Positions 42,401-55,759 of a DNA stretch of 64,000 nt are shown in pieces. Source of the DNA: Octopus vulgaris (lineage: Eukaryota); NCBI GenBank assembly GCA_951406725.2, contig OX597831.1:56544001-56608000 (forward strand), read 5' to 3'. Position 1 is the stretch's first letter, and every line of letters starts with the position of its first letter. The position numbers and the translations under genes were made by a program. The notes beneath the pieces are model-generated. The model searched no databases, had not been told where the DNA came from, and saw only the letters and a list, made by a program, of their open reading frames with translations.

Positions 42401-43991
42401 CATACATTATTTTGTAGTTTCATGATTTCAATGACATGATTGTATATTGTTAGAGTGACATTGTAGAGTAAATGTGAGAGGCCTGATCTGGTTAGTTTGA
42501 ACATAAAACAGGTAGAATATTTGGGCCAGATAAGGGTCAATTTTAGTGCTAAGATGACTGGTGTTGTGTCAGTTAAATATAAAATGTCATATAGTATGTT
42601 AAATTTCAATTCCACAGATGGCATTTAAACCTTTTAGCATATAGTTGTCAATGTAGCTTGTAGCGGGCCTTGTTTGGTATACATCATTGATAAGTTACAA
42701 CAATGATGAAACAGCAATGTCTGTTGCTCCAAGAAGGGACATACGTGAGTTGTGTTGCTTGATTAAGACTTACTTTTGGGTGTATTTTTTTTTTGTTTTA
42801 CACAAGGCACATAGAGAATATATGCTCTTACGCCTAAAAACTGAAGCTGACCCATGAACTAACAACACTCATACACAAGGTATGTGTGCTGTTAGTTCAT
42901 GTATGTGTGCTCAATTTTGTTAATAATTTGAGTTTCCTCACTGATAATAATCAAGTCAGATTTAATGGCTCCAATTAAGGAGCTATTATAAATTCTATTT
43001 CTAAGAACAAGATGTCAATAGTTAAATAAAAAATCCAAATCCAAAATTTACTATTTTTATAGAATATGTTTCTTTAATAAATTTTGTAGAGATAAACTTT
43101 TTAATCTTTTACAATATAATTTTCATTTCATTTAATGTAATCTTTTGTTACACTCAAATTTCCATCTAATAGGAAAGAATTATTGTATCTTATTGAGTTT
43201 ATTTCTTTTAAAATGATCTTTTATTAAATTGCTTTAGACATTTAATCTTTATTTTTCACTTTGATGTTCTCAAGGTTTTTTTTTTAACTGGTAAACAAAA
43301 ACGTTCCTAATTTCATCTAATAGTATTTTTATAGTTTATTATTTTTATATCTTTTTACTTTATAGCTGTTGATAAAAACAGCCTCTTAAATTTTTTTTTT
43401 AAGTTCTGTTTTATGCTTAATAGCATGTAACTTCTTTATCATCATCATCATTATTTAATGTCCATTTTCCATGCTGGCATGAGGTGGACTGCTTGATAGG
43501 AACTGGCAAGGCCAGGGGCTGCACCCAGTCCCATTGTCAGTTTTGGCTTGGTTTCTATGGCTGGATGCCCTTCCTAATGCCAAGCCCTTTACTGAGTATA
43601 CTGGGTGCTTTTTAAGTGGCACCATCACCAGTCCCTTTTACATGGCACCAGCATCAGTGCTTTTCATGTGATACCAGTACCCATATCAATGCTTTATATG
43701 TGGCACCTTGATTTTAGGATCTCAATTCTTGCAGTCGGCAGGTTTTCTTGAGTATAACAATGCACCACGTATCTCAGTACAACAATGCTCTGTCATGCAT
43801 GCACACTAAAAATGTCACAATGGCACAGCTATTGCCATTAAAGCTAAACTTCAACAAGTTAGGATGCTAAAATGTAACTTATGATTTACATTGGCCATGT
43901 ACGTTGTGTATTTTCAATCACTGTAAAGAATATATGATTGGTCTAATTACAAATATGATTGGTTTAATTACAGAGTTACATCTCTCTCTCA

Positions 43992-44025
<34 letters not shown>

Positions 44026-44480
44026 GCATACACCCACACAGATCCAATGATCAAAGGCAAGACATTTCATATTAACTCACTAACAATGAGTTATGTGTCA
44101 TTAATTCTTACTGGTTCAGTCAATGGCACAGATCACTGCTGTAATATGCAACAACAGTTAACAACCAACAAAACTTTTCAATACAATCTTGCAGTGAGTT
44201 ATGTAAATCTTCTCATTAGGAATTGGAGAGATAAACATCCATTTGAAGATTTAGTAAAGACACATCCAAACCCTGCCGCAATGACTCCATTCAAAATTAT
44301 GTGAAATTTTTATTATCGACATTAATTAAATCTTTAATTGATTCTTTATTTTTTTGATTTAGTGGGTACCTAAAATGATCATATTATTGATTGAAATCAC
44401 TGAAAATTAAACCAGATGATGACTGTAATTAGCAATGAGTTATAATGTAAAATAATTCATTCTAAATCTAAAGTGCTTAA

Positions 44481-44905
44481 TCCTTTTGATACAACCTGCA
44501 GGAGACTGTTCTTGTTCTATGATATAAACTTCCTGTTTTAACCCTTCAGCATTCAACCTGGCCGTATCTAACCCGAATATTCTATCTGTTTTATGTTCAA
44601 ACTGGCCAGACCCAGCCTCTCACACCAATTCTACAATGTCATTCTAAAAGTAAACAATCACATCATAGAAATATCAAAGCTATGAGATAATGCACAATTA
44701 ATTCAAAGCAATGTAAATAAATAAGTATTACATTTGACAGAGTAATCTGAATATTAAAGGGTTAAAGTAATATAAATTAAAACTTATCAAAATGTTATGT
44801 TAATTTATTTCAAACATCATTTTATTAATGACAAAATTATTTTTCTAAATTCTTCATTGTTTTAAAAATTATGTGTATGTCTACAGAAATATGATAACAA
44901 AAGTG
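44481..44905. mobile_element. piggyBac-type MITE family B, interrupted by the family-A copy
   Basis: TTAA|TCCTTTTGATAC ... GATAACAAAAGTG|TTAA. Its body aligns by eye to 7374-7601 and 49152-49372. Confidence 0.75.
44542..44761. mobile_element. piggyBac-type MITE family A (TTAA-flanked), nested inside a family-B MITE
   Basis: TTAA|CCCTTCAGCATTC ... GAATATTAAAGGG|TTAA. Related copies at about 31530-31748, 38160-38434, 39484-39684, 42331-42550 and 12010-12125. Confidence 0.85.
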
Positions 44906-45833
44906 TTAAGCAACTAACAACCTACACTATGCAAACAGGTTGGTTATTTAGCTTCAACTGATTCTGATATATATCCAAAATTCCTAAGAGTTTTCCAGTT
45001 GTTTTTCTAAAGTCAACTGTACTAAATTGTTATAAGTGTTTGTTCTTGAAGACAGCTAAAATAATGCTACTATTTGGCAAATGTATTTCTCCTACTGTCT
45101 CTCCCCACACTTGCTGTGAACTGAAATAGTAAAATACACAAAGGAAATAAAACAATCCACAGCAGGAAAACTATTTCTGTAAGATGTAAGTGTCATCGTT
45201 TCATGTCTAACTTCTTGTAAGAGAAGTGCATAAAATGTCAGCTACTAAATTCATAATTAAAATAAATAAATAAATAAATAAATAAAATACTAAATAAACA
45301 ATTGCTCTGTATCAGGAGCAACAGCAGATAAAACCAGAACCACTTATCTGGCACAAAGAGACAAAAGATACTGAGAACAACTCCTCTATCAAAATTAAGC
45401 ATATGGTTCCTGTAGCCAGTTGGGTGCAGTTTATTTCTTGAAGGATGGGCATTGTAAATAAAGAGAAAATTATCATTACTTTTGTTATATGTATTTTATG
45501 TGCAGTATAAAATACATAGCAATTTAATGAAGTTCCTTTTTATGAATCTAGCATTTCAAACATTTATTTTCAATTGAAAAATAATTCTACAAGAAGTTAG
45601 ATTAAGCTCCATTTAAAGGATGTTCTGCTGAGAAATTTATGCCAAAAGTAGCGAATACTTTAATTCAGGTGTCCCCCAACCACTGAATTGCAGATCTGTA
45701 GAGAACCATAAATCATTTGATATTGGGCCACACAGAAAGAATAAGTTTTAAAGTTTTATTTCTATTTTACTGACTATTACAGCCTGCAGGGTGTTTTTGC
45801 ATTATATGTGTGTGTGTGTGTGTGTGTGTGTTT

Positions 45834-46146
45834 GGGAAGGCACAATGGCCCAGTGGTTAGGGCAGCGGACTCGCAGTTGTAGGATCGTGGTTTCGATTCC
45901 CAGACCGGGCATTGTGAGTGTTTGTTGAGCGAAAACACCTAAAGCTCCACGAGGCTCTGGCAGGGTGTGGTGGCAATCCCTGCTGTACTCTTTCACCACA
46001 ACTTTCTCTCACTCTTTCTCCTGTTAGCCTGCTCGCTTAGCCAGTGGGGTGGCATCATTTGAAGGCTAAAACAAAGCAAAGCACATTGTGACCAGCGATG
46101 TGTAACAACATCTGATAGCCTGGTCGGTCACGGTGATCACAGTGAC
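45834..46146 (+). mobile_element. Fourth tRNA-derived SINE
   Basis: GGCACAATGGCCCAGTGGTTAGGGCAGCGGACTCGCAG...GGTTTCGATTCCC (A and B boxes), with a short tandem tail TCACGGTGA TCACAGTGA. Confidence 0.8.
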
Positions 46147-46177
46147 ATTTATATATAGATATATATATATATATACA

Positions 46178-47031
46178 TGAGGTCTGATTAATAAGTATCT
46201 GCACTGTTGCCATAGTAACGAAGTGAAGCCTCTTGGCAAAGATTGACCTTGAACTCTGTTGTGCATGAGCAATAAGATTTAATGTTCTAGCTCCCTTCTG
46301 CTGTTTAAAGCAGTGCTTTGGAGGAAGGCATGTAACATATGATTATTGCATTGATCACAACAGAGAAAATTGTCATGCTGATATCTGCTCAGAGACCTAT
46401 GCAAAGTTGCAAAAAGTGTATGGAGAGGACTGTATGAGCTGCACAATAATGTATTGCTAGTTCAGATGCTTCCAAGATGGCCGAAAAAATGAAGATATTG
46501 ATGAACGTTCCGTGAGGCATGCAACCAGCAGAACTGAGAAAAACATCACAGATGTGCATGCAACTGTGAGGGGAAACTGACAAATCACTATCCGTGAGTT
46601 ATCAAAGGATGTGCAGATTAGTTACGGTTCAGTTCAGTCCATTATCACTAAAGATTTTGGTATGAGACATGTGTCTGCCAAGTTTCTGTGAAACCTGCTT
46701 TCAGCTGCACAAGATCTCCTTGATTGTGTCAAGAACAATGAAAACATTTTGAAAAATTTGCATAGACCTCTGAAGCAGGTATCACCAAGTTTTTGACAAA
46801 ATTTGATGCAGATTCTCTGTTCAACTTTCTGTGTCATGGTCAATGCAACGATCACATGCTACACACCTTTCTTCCAAGCACTGCTGTAAACAGCAGAAGT
46901 GAACTAGAATGCTAAAACTTAGTGCACATGCACAACAGAGTTCAGAGTCAATCTGTGCCAAGCAGCTTCATTCTGCATGCTTTAGTTTCGTTACTATGGC
47001 AACAGTCCGGATACTTGTTGATCAGACCATG
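46178..47031. mobile_element. Fold-back non-autonomous mariner derivative made of two 5' ends in inverted orientation; same family as 18104-19334
   Basis: Both ends begin (T/C)(G/A)xGGTCTGATxAAxAAGTATCxGxACTGTTGCCATAGTAACGAA and stay homologous for >200 bp. The minus ORF 46634..46855 contains MTQKVEQRICIKFCQKLGDTC, a transposase N-terminus. Confidence 0.88.
46206..46219 (+). promoter_or_regulatory. RFX X-box-like motif GTTGCCATAGTAAC (second, inverted copy at 46990-47003)
   Basis: Matches the RFX consensus GTNRCC-N(0-3)-RGYAAC. Function is untested. Confidence 0.35.
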
Positions 47032-49151
47032 CATGTGTGTGCGTGTATTATATGTCTAATAATTAAATTATATATTATGCACTATATTGTGTTTTGTTAT
47101 ATGTGTGATTCCCTAGTCCATGGAAAATTTGTCTTGCCTGAAACTGGTCTGTGGTGTAAAACAGGTTGGGAACCACTACCTTAATTCATTCAGAGATTAT
47201 GGGTCTTTTCAAACTGTTAGATGTTTTATATAATAGAGCAAACATTTCCACTGCATAATTGTCTAATCACTACATCTTCTACCCATTTGATTCTTTGTTA
47301 TTTCTCTAACACCCCTATTAGCTACTGCTTTATTACATTTTCCTCTGCCACTCATCTATCACTTACTCCACTATGTTCTATTACTCATTATCTCTACCAC
47401 ATATCCCTCTACTACTCATCTCTGTACTACTCATTCCACTATTGCTCTTGGTACCATCATTCTTACAAACATCATTCTTACCTCTATACCCTACCTCCTG
47501 CCCCTTAGTATCATCATCCATCATTCACTCTTACCTGTCTCTTACTCTCCATCCCTCTCTTAGCCCTGCTATCATCTACTCATCCCACTCATTCTACTTC
47601 TACCATCACACTCCTGCTCTCCTTTCCCACCCATCCTGGTTCTTCTGTTGTCACCGTTCCCTTCTATTCAGCTCCTCAACTATGTAGCCCTTAATAAACA
47701 AATACAATAAGGCACAAAACATCCCCACAAGTGCAGGTATCACTATAAATCCATCCAAGACTATAAATTGGTTGACAAGTGAGAGAACGTATAGCATTAT
47801 GAAGATCTTTTAGGCTTGTTGAGGACAAAGCAACCTCTATATTTTGGTACCGTAATAAAATACACCCTGTACACTCAGTAAAGTGTAGGGTTGAGAAGAT
47901 CCTTTAGTTTTGTTGAGGACATGACCTCGCTGTGTAGTGAATGCATAATAAAATGCATTCACTACACTTTGTAAAGAGGATAGAATTAAGAAGAGCATCA
48001 AACCACAGAAAGCAAGCCAAAAACAAAATGTCCATGCAAGCAAAATGTTGTCTTGACTCATCTATGGAGTACATCAACTCTAAATAAGAAAGGACTTGGG
48101 TCAGAGTGACCTGTCAAACCTATACCAGCATGGAACGCAGACATAAAGCAATGATAATCATAATGATAATGATGTTTAGCTTACTGTTTAACTGCAAATA
48201 GAACCGAACCAAATGCATTCCACTCATATCTTTCTTCCAGTATATCTCAAGAACTACATTGTTGAATATGTCCTTTCATTGTTTAAGACACATTTGATTT
48301 GCAAGAGATTTCACTGAGCCTCAGTGTAGTTGCTCATTGCTCAGCATTTTAGTTATAGCAACCAAACCTTCCTTAAATCACTATACCATCTTAAAAGAGG
48401 AAGGAACATTAAATAACATGATTAATACTGTGTATTAAAAAGAAAACAAGCAAACAAAAAACAAGATGATCATTGTTAGGATGTAAGCTTCATCAAAACT
48501 AACAATGACTAAATGACAAATATTAACTACTGTATGTAACTAATAGAGGGTACTGTATTTTGTGACTTCTACTATAGCCCCAGTCTTGTGATTGAATTTG
48601 ATAAACAGAAACTGTAAAAGAATCTGGTCATATGCATGTGTAAGTGTGTGTGTGTATCCTTGAGTAGACATCACATGATGGTTGTTATACAAGCAATGGT
48701 GTTCATTTGCAGACCATGAAAAATATGTTTGGATATGAGAAAATATTACCTTGCTTGGAAACAGGTGAAAGTTGGTACCAGGAAGGATATCTAACCATAG
48801 AAAATCTGTCTCAACAAATTCTGTCAAAGCCATTCAGGCATGGAAAAGTGGACATTAAATGATGATGATGATGACAGTGCAGAGCTCAAATCAGTAATAA
48901 GAGGGATTAGTTCCATCAAGCCAACATCCAAGATTCATTACATCAACATAATGTTTGGGGATTCTCAGAATCCAGTTGGTAAGGTGGATCACCATTTCTA
49001 TACAACTGCTTGAGCTATTAGAATTAACAGCCAAATCGCTGTCAAAGCTACAGCCTACTGTCTTAAATAAAGAATACATTTGACAACATAAAAGCATGAT
49101 GCTCTACCAACTGATGGTGACACATAAAAAGCACCCAGCACACTCTGTTAA

Positions 49152-49372
49152 CCCTTTCGTTACCAACCCGGCTGAAACCGGCTCTGGCTCTGTTGTACAA
49201 ATGTCTTGTTTCCTTAAGTTTTGAATTAAAATTTTCCACCAAACCTTAGTCAAAATGTATGCTCCTAACACTAGCTGAATGATAACTAAGTTATTTTATT
49301 AAATTCTTTGTTATATTTAAAGTAATTGAAAGAATCACAGAGCATCTCAAAATAAATACAGTAACGAAAGGG
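49152..49372. mobile_element. piggyBac-type MITE family B (young copy) inserted into a SINE
   Basis: TTAA|CCCTTTCGTTAC ... GTAACGAAAGGG|TTCA, a perfect 12-bp TIR. The host SINE (cagcacactctg...gtggttggtg) continues on both sides. Confidence 0.85.
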
Positions 49373-50037
49373 TTCAGTGGTTGGTGTTATGAAAGGCATC
49401 CAGCTGTAGAAACCATGCCACAACAGACAGTTGGAGTTCGGACAGCTCCCTGTTAGCCAGCTCCATGTCAAACCGTCCAACCCATGCCAGCATGGAGACT
49501 GAATGTTAAACAATGATGATTGGACAATGTAGTCCATAACATCAAAAAGACGAGATGGTCATGCCGGGAAAGCTTTCAATCATAGATCGATAAAGGATTA
49601 ATATCTGACTGGAATTCTTATTTCCGATGATCTTTCATTTGTTTTCTACTTCAGCAACTAACCCTCATCAGATATCACAAATCACATATGTGATGCAATT
49701 CATTAATAATAATACCAACAAATATAGTCATCGTCATCATTATCAACACAGACCAAACTGTTATACACCGGATTAGTTGGATTATATAATAAATAAATGA
49801 ACAAACAAATGGATAAATAAAATAAATAAAAATGATAAAAATAGATTAATGATTCAGACTGCAAGTCACAAACGGCTACTAGGATTTCTCCAAATAACTT
49901 ATAGCTTGACTGTTGCTTGCATACAGACATCCCCGTGACTTGCCGCATTCAATACGCAATGCACCTAAAAATCAATAATATTGTTGTGTATGTGTGTGTA
50001 CATGTGACACAAGCACACAGATAAACACACATGTGTG

Positions 50038-50099
<62 letters not shown>

Positions 50100-50835
50100 C
50101 ATACATATATACACAGAAACAAAATACAATTCTCTCAATATATTTATCAAACTTCTTTGGGTTTTCCTCTTTTTTTTTGCTTTTAACTTAATTGTCATAT
50201 TTTTTTCAGCATATTTACAATTACTTAATGACTTGCAGTACAAAACCAGCCATTTGGGATGGTTCCTGAATATTGTAACTTTTTCATTAAAAAAAAAAAT
50301 GTAATATGTTCATATCAGTTGTGGCTCCACCCACTATATAACAGAAGTTTGTAGGTGGTTTCAAATTACTACAGATCAACAGTGGGGAGTGATTCTCTGA
50401 AAATAACAGTAAAATCTCCCTCAAATAACATAATTTTTAAAATGTGAAGGATATATGGAGTTATGCAATCCTAGATATATTATATCAGGTAAAATGAAGT
50501 AGTCAGGGTTGGGACACCATTTTCATTCAGATTCATTAAAACATAACATAGAATGTCTTGTGCTAGTTGTCCTGGTACTTTATCCTTTGAGCTTAAATCT
50601 TGCCAAAATCAATTTCATCATCATCGTCATCATTTTAATGCCTACTGTTCTCTTTGCATGAGCTTATTGAAGCACATTTTCTATGGCTTGATGCCTCACC
50701 TGTTTCCAAGCAAGGTAATAGTTCCCTATGGTCAGACATTTCTTGCAGAATACAGGGAATGAATGACACTGCTTTTATGACAGTGACACACAGATTGTAA
50801 AGACAAGAAGGCACAAACACACACACACGCATATA

Positions 50836-50867
<32 letters not shown>

Positions 50868-51835
50868 AGCACATATGTATATATGTATACATGTACATCC
50901 AAACACATACACATATGCATGCACACATATGTACACACACACAACTGGCTTTGGTTAGCCCAGGGCTAAAGAAAAAGACACTTGCCCAAAGTGCTATGCA
51001 GTGGGACTGAACCAAGAACCATGTGATTGGGAAGCAAACATTTTATCACACAACGAGGCAGATGACTGTCCAACCCAAGTCCAAGGTAGTGGACTGGTGA
51101 AACTACAATACTGGACTTGATGACTTGTGGTATTTGTTTTGATATTTTGCATTTTAAGTTCAAATCCAGCTACGAGTCTATTCGGATGCCAGACTTAATC
51201 TATCAACTGGTTTAACAACATCAATTTCACATCAAGAATCTTGCAAACCAAATACAAAAAGAAACAAAAAGGAAATAACTAGATGGAAACTGAAAGAAGC
51301 TTATTGTGTGTGTGTGTGTGTTTGTCCCACACCACTGCTTGACAACTTGTGTTGGTCTGTTTGTGTTCCTGTAACTAAGCAGTTCAACAAAAGAGAATTG
51401 ATACAAGTACCATGCTTTAAAAAAAAAAGAATAAAGAAGTACTGGGGTTGGTTCATTCAACTAAAAATTCAAAGTGGTGCTAATGACTGAAACAAGTAAA
51501 AGATAAGATAAAACCAATATATGTGCATGAAGAAAAGATATTTAGGTGGAAATACAAATGGGAATTCATGTAACATTCTTTGGATGCTAACAAAGGTGCT
51601 TTAGTAATGAAATATTGAGGGCTCCAATAAAATGTTCCCACTGTGTCTCTAAAGTTATACTAAGAATTTACAAAATGTACACTAGGACGAACAAGTAAAT
51701 AAATGAATAAAAACTTGGAATCAAATTGATGGGGAATAACTAAAATTTGTAGTGGGTGCAGTAACTTTAAAACATACTGCCTATTTCTCTAACACACTTC
51801 ACACTTATCAGACTCTTCTCTACAAACACAATGCA

Positions 51836-53887
51836 CATTTATCCAACATGCCACACACTTATCCAACATGCCACACACTTATCCAACATGCCACACACTT
51901 ATCCAACATGCCACACACTTATCCAACATGTCACACATCCAACATGCCACACACTTATCCAACATGTCACACATCCAACATGTCACACACTTATCCAACA
52001 CGCCACACACTTATCCAACATGCCACACACTTATCCAACATGTCACACACTTATCCAACATGTCACACACTTATCCAACATGCCACACACTTATCCAACA
52101 TGCCACACATCCAACATGCCACACACTTATCCAACATGTCACACATCCAACATGTCACACACTTATCCAACATGCCACACACTTATCCAACATGCCACAC
52201 ACTTATCCAACATGTCACACACTTATCCAACATGCCACACACTTATCCAACATGCCACACACTTATCCAACATGCCACACACTTATCCAACATGCCACAC
52301 ACTTATCCAACATGTCACACATCCAACATGCCACACACTTATCCAACATGTCACACATCCAACATGTCACACACTTATCCAACACGCCACACACTTATCC
52401 AACATGCCACACACTTATCCAACATGTCACACACTTATCCAACATGTCACACACTTATCCAACATGCCACACACTTATCCAACATGTCACACACTTATCC
52501 AACATGCCACACACTTATCCAACATGCCACACACTTATCCAACATGCCACACACTTATCCAACATGCCACACACTTATCCAACATGCCACACACTTATCC
52601 AACATGCCACTCACTTATCCGGCTTGTCACACACTTATCCAACATGCCACAGACTTATCCAACATGCCACACACTTATCCAACATGTCACACACTTATCC
52701 AACATGCCACACACTTATCCAACATGCCACACACTTATCCAACATGCCACACACGTATCCAACATGCCACACACTTATCCAACATGCCACACACTTATCC
52801 AACATGCCACACACTTATCCAACATGTCACACATCCAACATGCCTCACACACATCCAACATGTCACACACTTATCCAACATGCCACACACTTATCCAACA
52901 TGCCACACACTTATCCAACATGCCACACACTTATCCAACATGCCACAAACTTATCCAACATGCCACACACTTATCCAACATGTCACACACTTATCCAACA
53001 TGTCACACACTTATCCAACATGCCACACACTTATCCAACATGCCACACACTTATCCAACATGCCACACACTTATCCAACATGCCACACACTTATCCAACA
53101 TGCCACACACTTATCCAACATGCCACACACTTATCCAACATGTCACACACTTATCCAACATGCCACACATTTATCCAACATGTCACACATCCAACATGCC
53201 TCACACTTATCCAACATGTCACACATCCAACATGTCACACACTTATCCAACATGCCACACACTTATCCAACATGCCACACACTTATCCAACATGCCACAC
53301 ACTTATCCAACATGCCACACACTTATCCAACATGCCACAAACTTATCCAACATGCCACACACTTATCCAACATGCCACACACTTATCCAACATGCCACAC
53401 ACTTATCCAACATGCCACACACTTATCCAACATGCCACACACTTATCCAACATGCCACACACTTATCCAACATGCCACACACTTATCCAACATGCCACAC
53501 ACTTATCCGGCATGTCACACACTTATCCAACATGCCACACACTTATCCAACATGCCATAAACTTATCCAACATGCCATAAACTTATCCAACATGCCATAC
53601 ACTTATCCAACATGCCACACACATATCCAACATGCCACACACTTATCCAACATGCCACAGACTTATCCAACATGCCACACACTTATCCGACATGTCACAC
53701 ACTTATCCAACATGCCACACACTTATCCAACATGCCACACACGTATCCAACATGCCACACACTTATCCAACATGCCACACACGTATCCAACATGCCACAC
53801 ACTTATCCAACATGCCACACACGTATCCAACATGCCACATACTTATCCAACATGCTACACATTTATCCAACATGCCACACATTTATC
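51836..53887. repeat. ~2.05-kb minisatellite with a 20-bp unit CCAACATGCCACACACTTAT and interspersed 16-bp deletion variants
   Basis: About 100 tandem units seen directly. Explains the 570-717 aa ORFs in all three + frames. Confidence 0.98.
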
Positions 53888-55677
53888 AAATTTTATATTA
53901 GTAAACAGGTATAGCTGTGTGGTAAGAAGTTTGCTTCCACAACCATATGGTTCTGGGTTCAGTCCCATGGCATGGCACCTTTAGCAAGTGTCTTCTACTT
54001 CAGCTTCAGGCTAACCAAAGCCTTGTGGGCTGACCAAAGCCATCATCGTTTGTCAACTAGTGTTGGTTTGTTTATATCCTTGTAACTTAGTAGTGTGGCA
54101 AAAATGACTGGTAGACTAAAAATCAGATTTAGAAATAAGTACTGGGGTTAGTTTGTTTGATTAAATCCTTCAAGGCAATGCTCCAGTTCAATAAGTAGAC
54201 GATAAAAGACAATTAATCTCAGTATGTCACCAATAACTATTTGTGTTTTAGACCTCAGGCCAGCCTTGATTCAGCAGATTTTTGACTGAAAATGGTCCAG
54301 CTGTGGTCAACCCCATCTTTATCTTTTTTTTTCAAGCATAGATTATCCAGGATTACATTATCTGCTTATGTTTTTCCTTTTGTAAGAAGGTAGGAAGCTG
54401 ATTGAAGGAAATTTAGTAGCTGTTTCTAGCAGGTCAAGTGATCATATAGAGGTTCTCTCACAGGCTTCATCAATAACTAATTCATTGGTCTTGATTGGCA
54501 AAAGTAAGCCACTGTATCATTCAAGAAGGATCCAACCCTATGTGTGGTCCAATATACCACTCCTGCAGTTAAATTACTACCTGCATATGAAACATAATAA
54601 CACCAATTTGAAGCTACTGATCAAGTCTGGAATGTAGATGTGCGCTTTTTGTTCAGGCTAGGATGCATTGTATCTATATACAAGTAGATACATGCACAGA
54701 CTATTGCTAACATCAATCAGATAGAGATTCTCCTGTACAAATAAAACAAATTTTTATCTTACTGTGTTGTAGCTTAGAATACTACAGTTCTTTACTCAGT
54801 AACTTAGCAACATAATTGCTAACTTTCCAGATAATACTGTGAAGAGATAGACTTCATGATTACAGTAAAATTAATGCGACAAAGAACATTATAATTAGCA
54901 ATAGAATTAGAGTATACCAATATGGAATTTATCAACTGGCATCACATTTAAATATTTATCAATATATCTAAAAAAAAATACACACACACATACATACACA
55001 ACCAGAGTCATTAAAATTATAATGAACGGATATGGTGCATGTGTGTAGGAGTGTGCTTTTTCATGTCAACTTTATTTCATAAGATACTGCTGAATATTGT
55101 TTTATAAAAATTCATGCCATATGTTTGGATGTCTGTGTATTACAAACAGTGCAGAAAATGTGAAATAGATAGAAATTCTGCAGAAGTATGTATCAGTAAC
55201 ATTCTCTGTGGGAAGGAGAGGGGAGATTTTATTTATATAACAGCTAACGAGACATGAGCATGTGACTAGACTGAAATTCATGTGACAATATATGCTTTGG
55301 CAAGAGAATGGGAATGATAGTATAATTATATACGTTTATAAATATTATATGCATATGCATCAAAGATTGAGCGAGCTTCTTTCTCTTAAAATATTTTATA
55401 TCTTAGAGACAGGTGCATATATGACAAAGTATATGTTAATTCTTACATCCATTTATCTTGAACTGAAATATTATCAAAAGGAATTAAGGTCTTTGACCAG
55501 AGTATATCAGTTCCTCTGCTAAAGAGAGCTTAAAAGTAAAACATTTTTCCATAGGGATTATTGAGCTACCAGACAGAACAGACATATCTATTATGACCAT
55601 CCCATCATTTTGAATATTCTTTAATTTTTTTAATGTATCTTTCCTCTTTTTTAAAGACAACAGAATATAATCTAACA

Positions 55678-55759
55678 GAGACTTGGCTGCTATCGAATGG
55701 AGACTTGGCTGCTATCGAACGGAGACTTGGCTGCTATCGAACGGAGACTTGGCTGCTAT
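55678..55759. repeat. 22-bp tandem repeat GAGACTTGGCTGCTATCGAACG, about 3.7 copies
   Basis: Seen directly. Confidence 0.93.

Noticed and set aside
45838-45910. tRNA-like sequence with A and B boxes
   Set aside because: It continues into a SINE body and tail and no proper acceptor stem is evident. Treated as a SINE head, not a tRNA gene.
51836-53887. CRISPR-like appearance of the regular repeat
   Set aside because: Units are head-to-tail with no unique spacers, there are no cas genes, and the context is eukaryotic intron.
51752-53984. 602, 717 and 570 aa His/Thr/Cys-rich ORFs in all three + frames
   Set aside because: The 20-bp unit lacks stop codons on the + strand and is not a multiple of 3, so all frames cycle through the same peptide. 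There is no sign of frame selection. This is a repeat artefact.
54590-54640. Minus-strand LDQ*LQIGV resembling part of the missing VPS13 first exon
   Set aside because: In-frame stop, no WG or donor site, and no upstream match.
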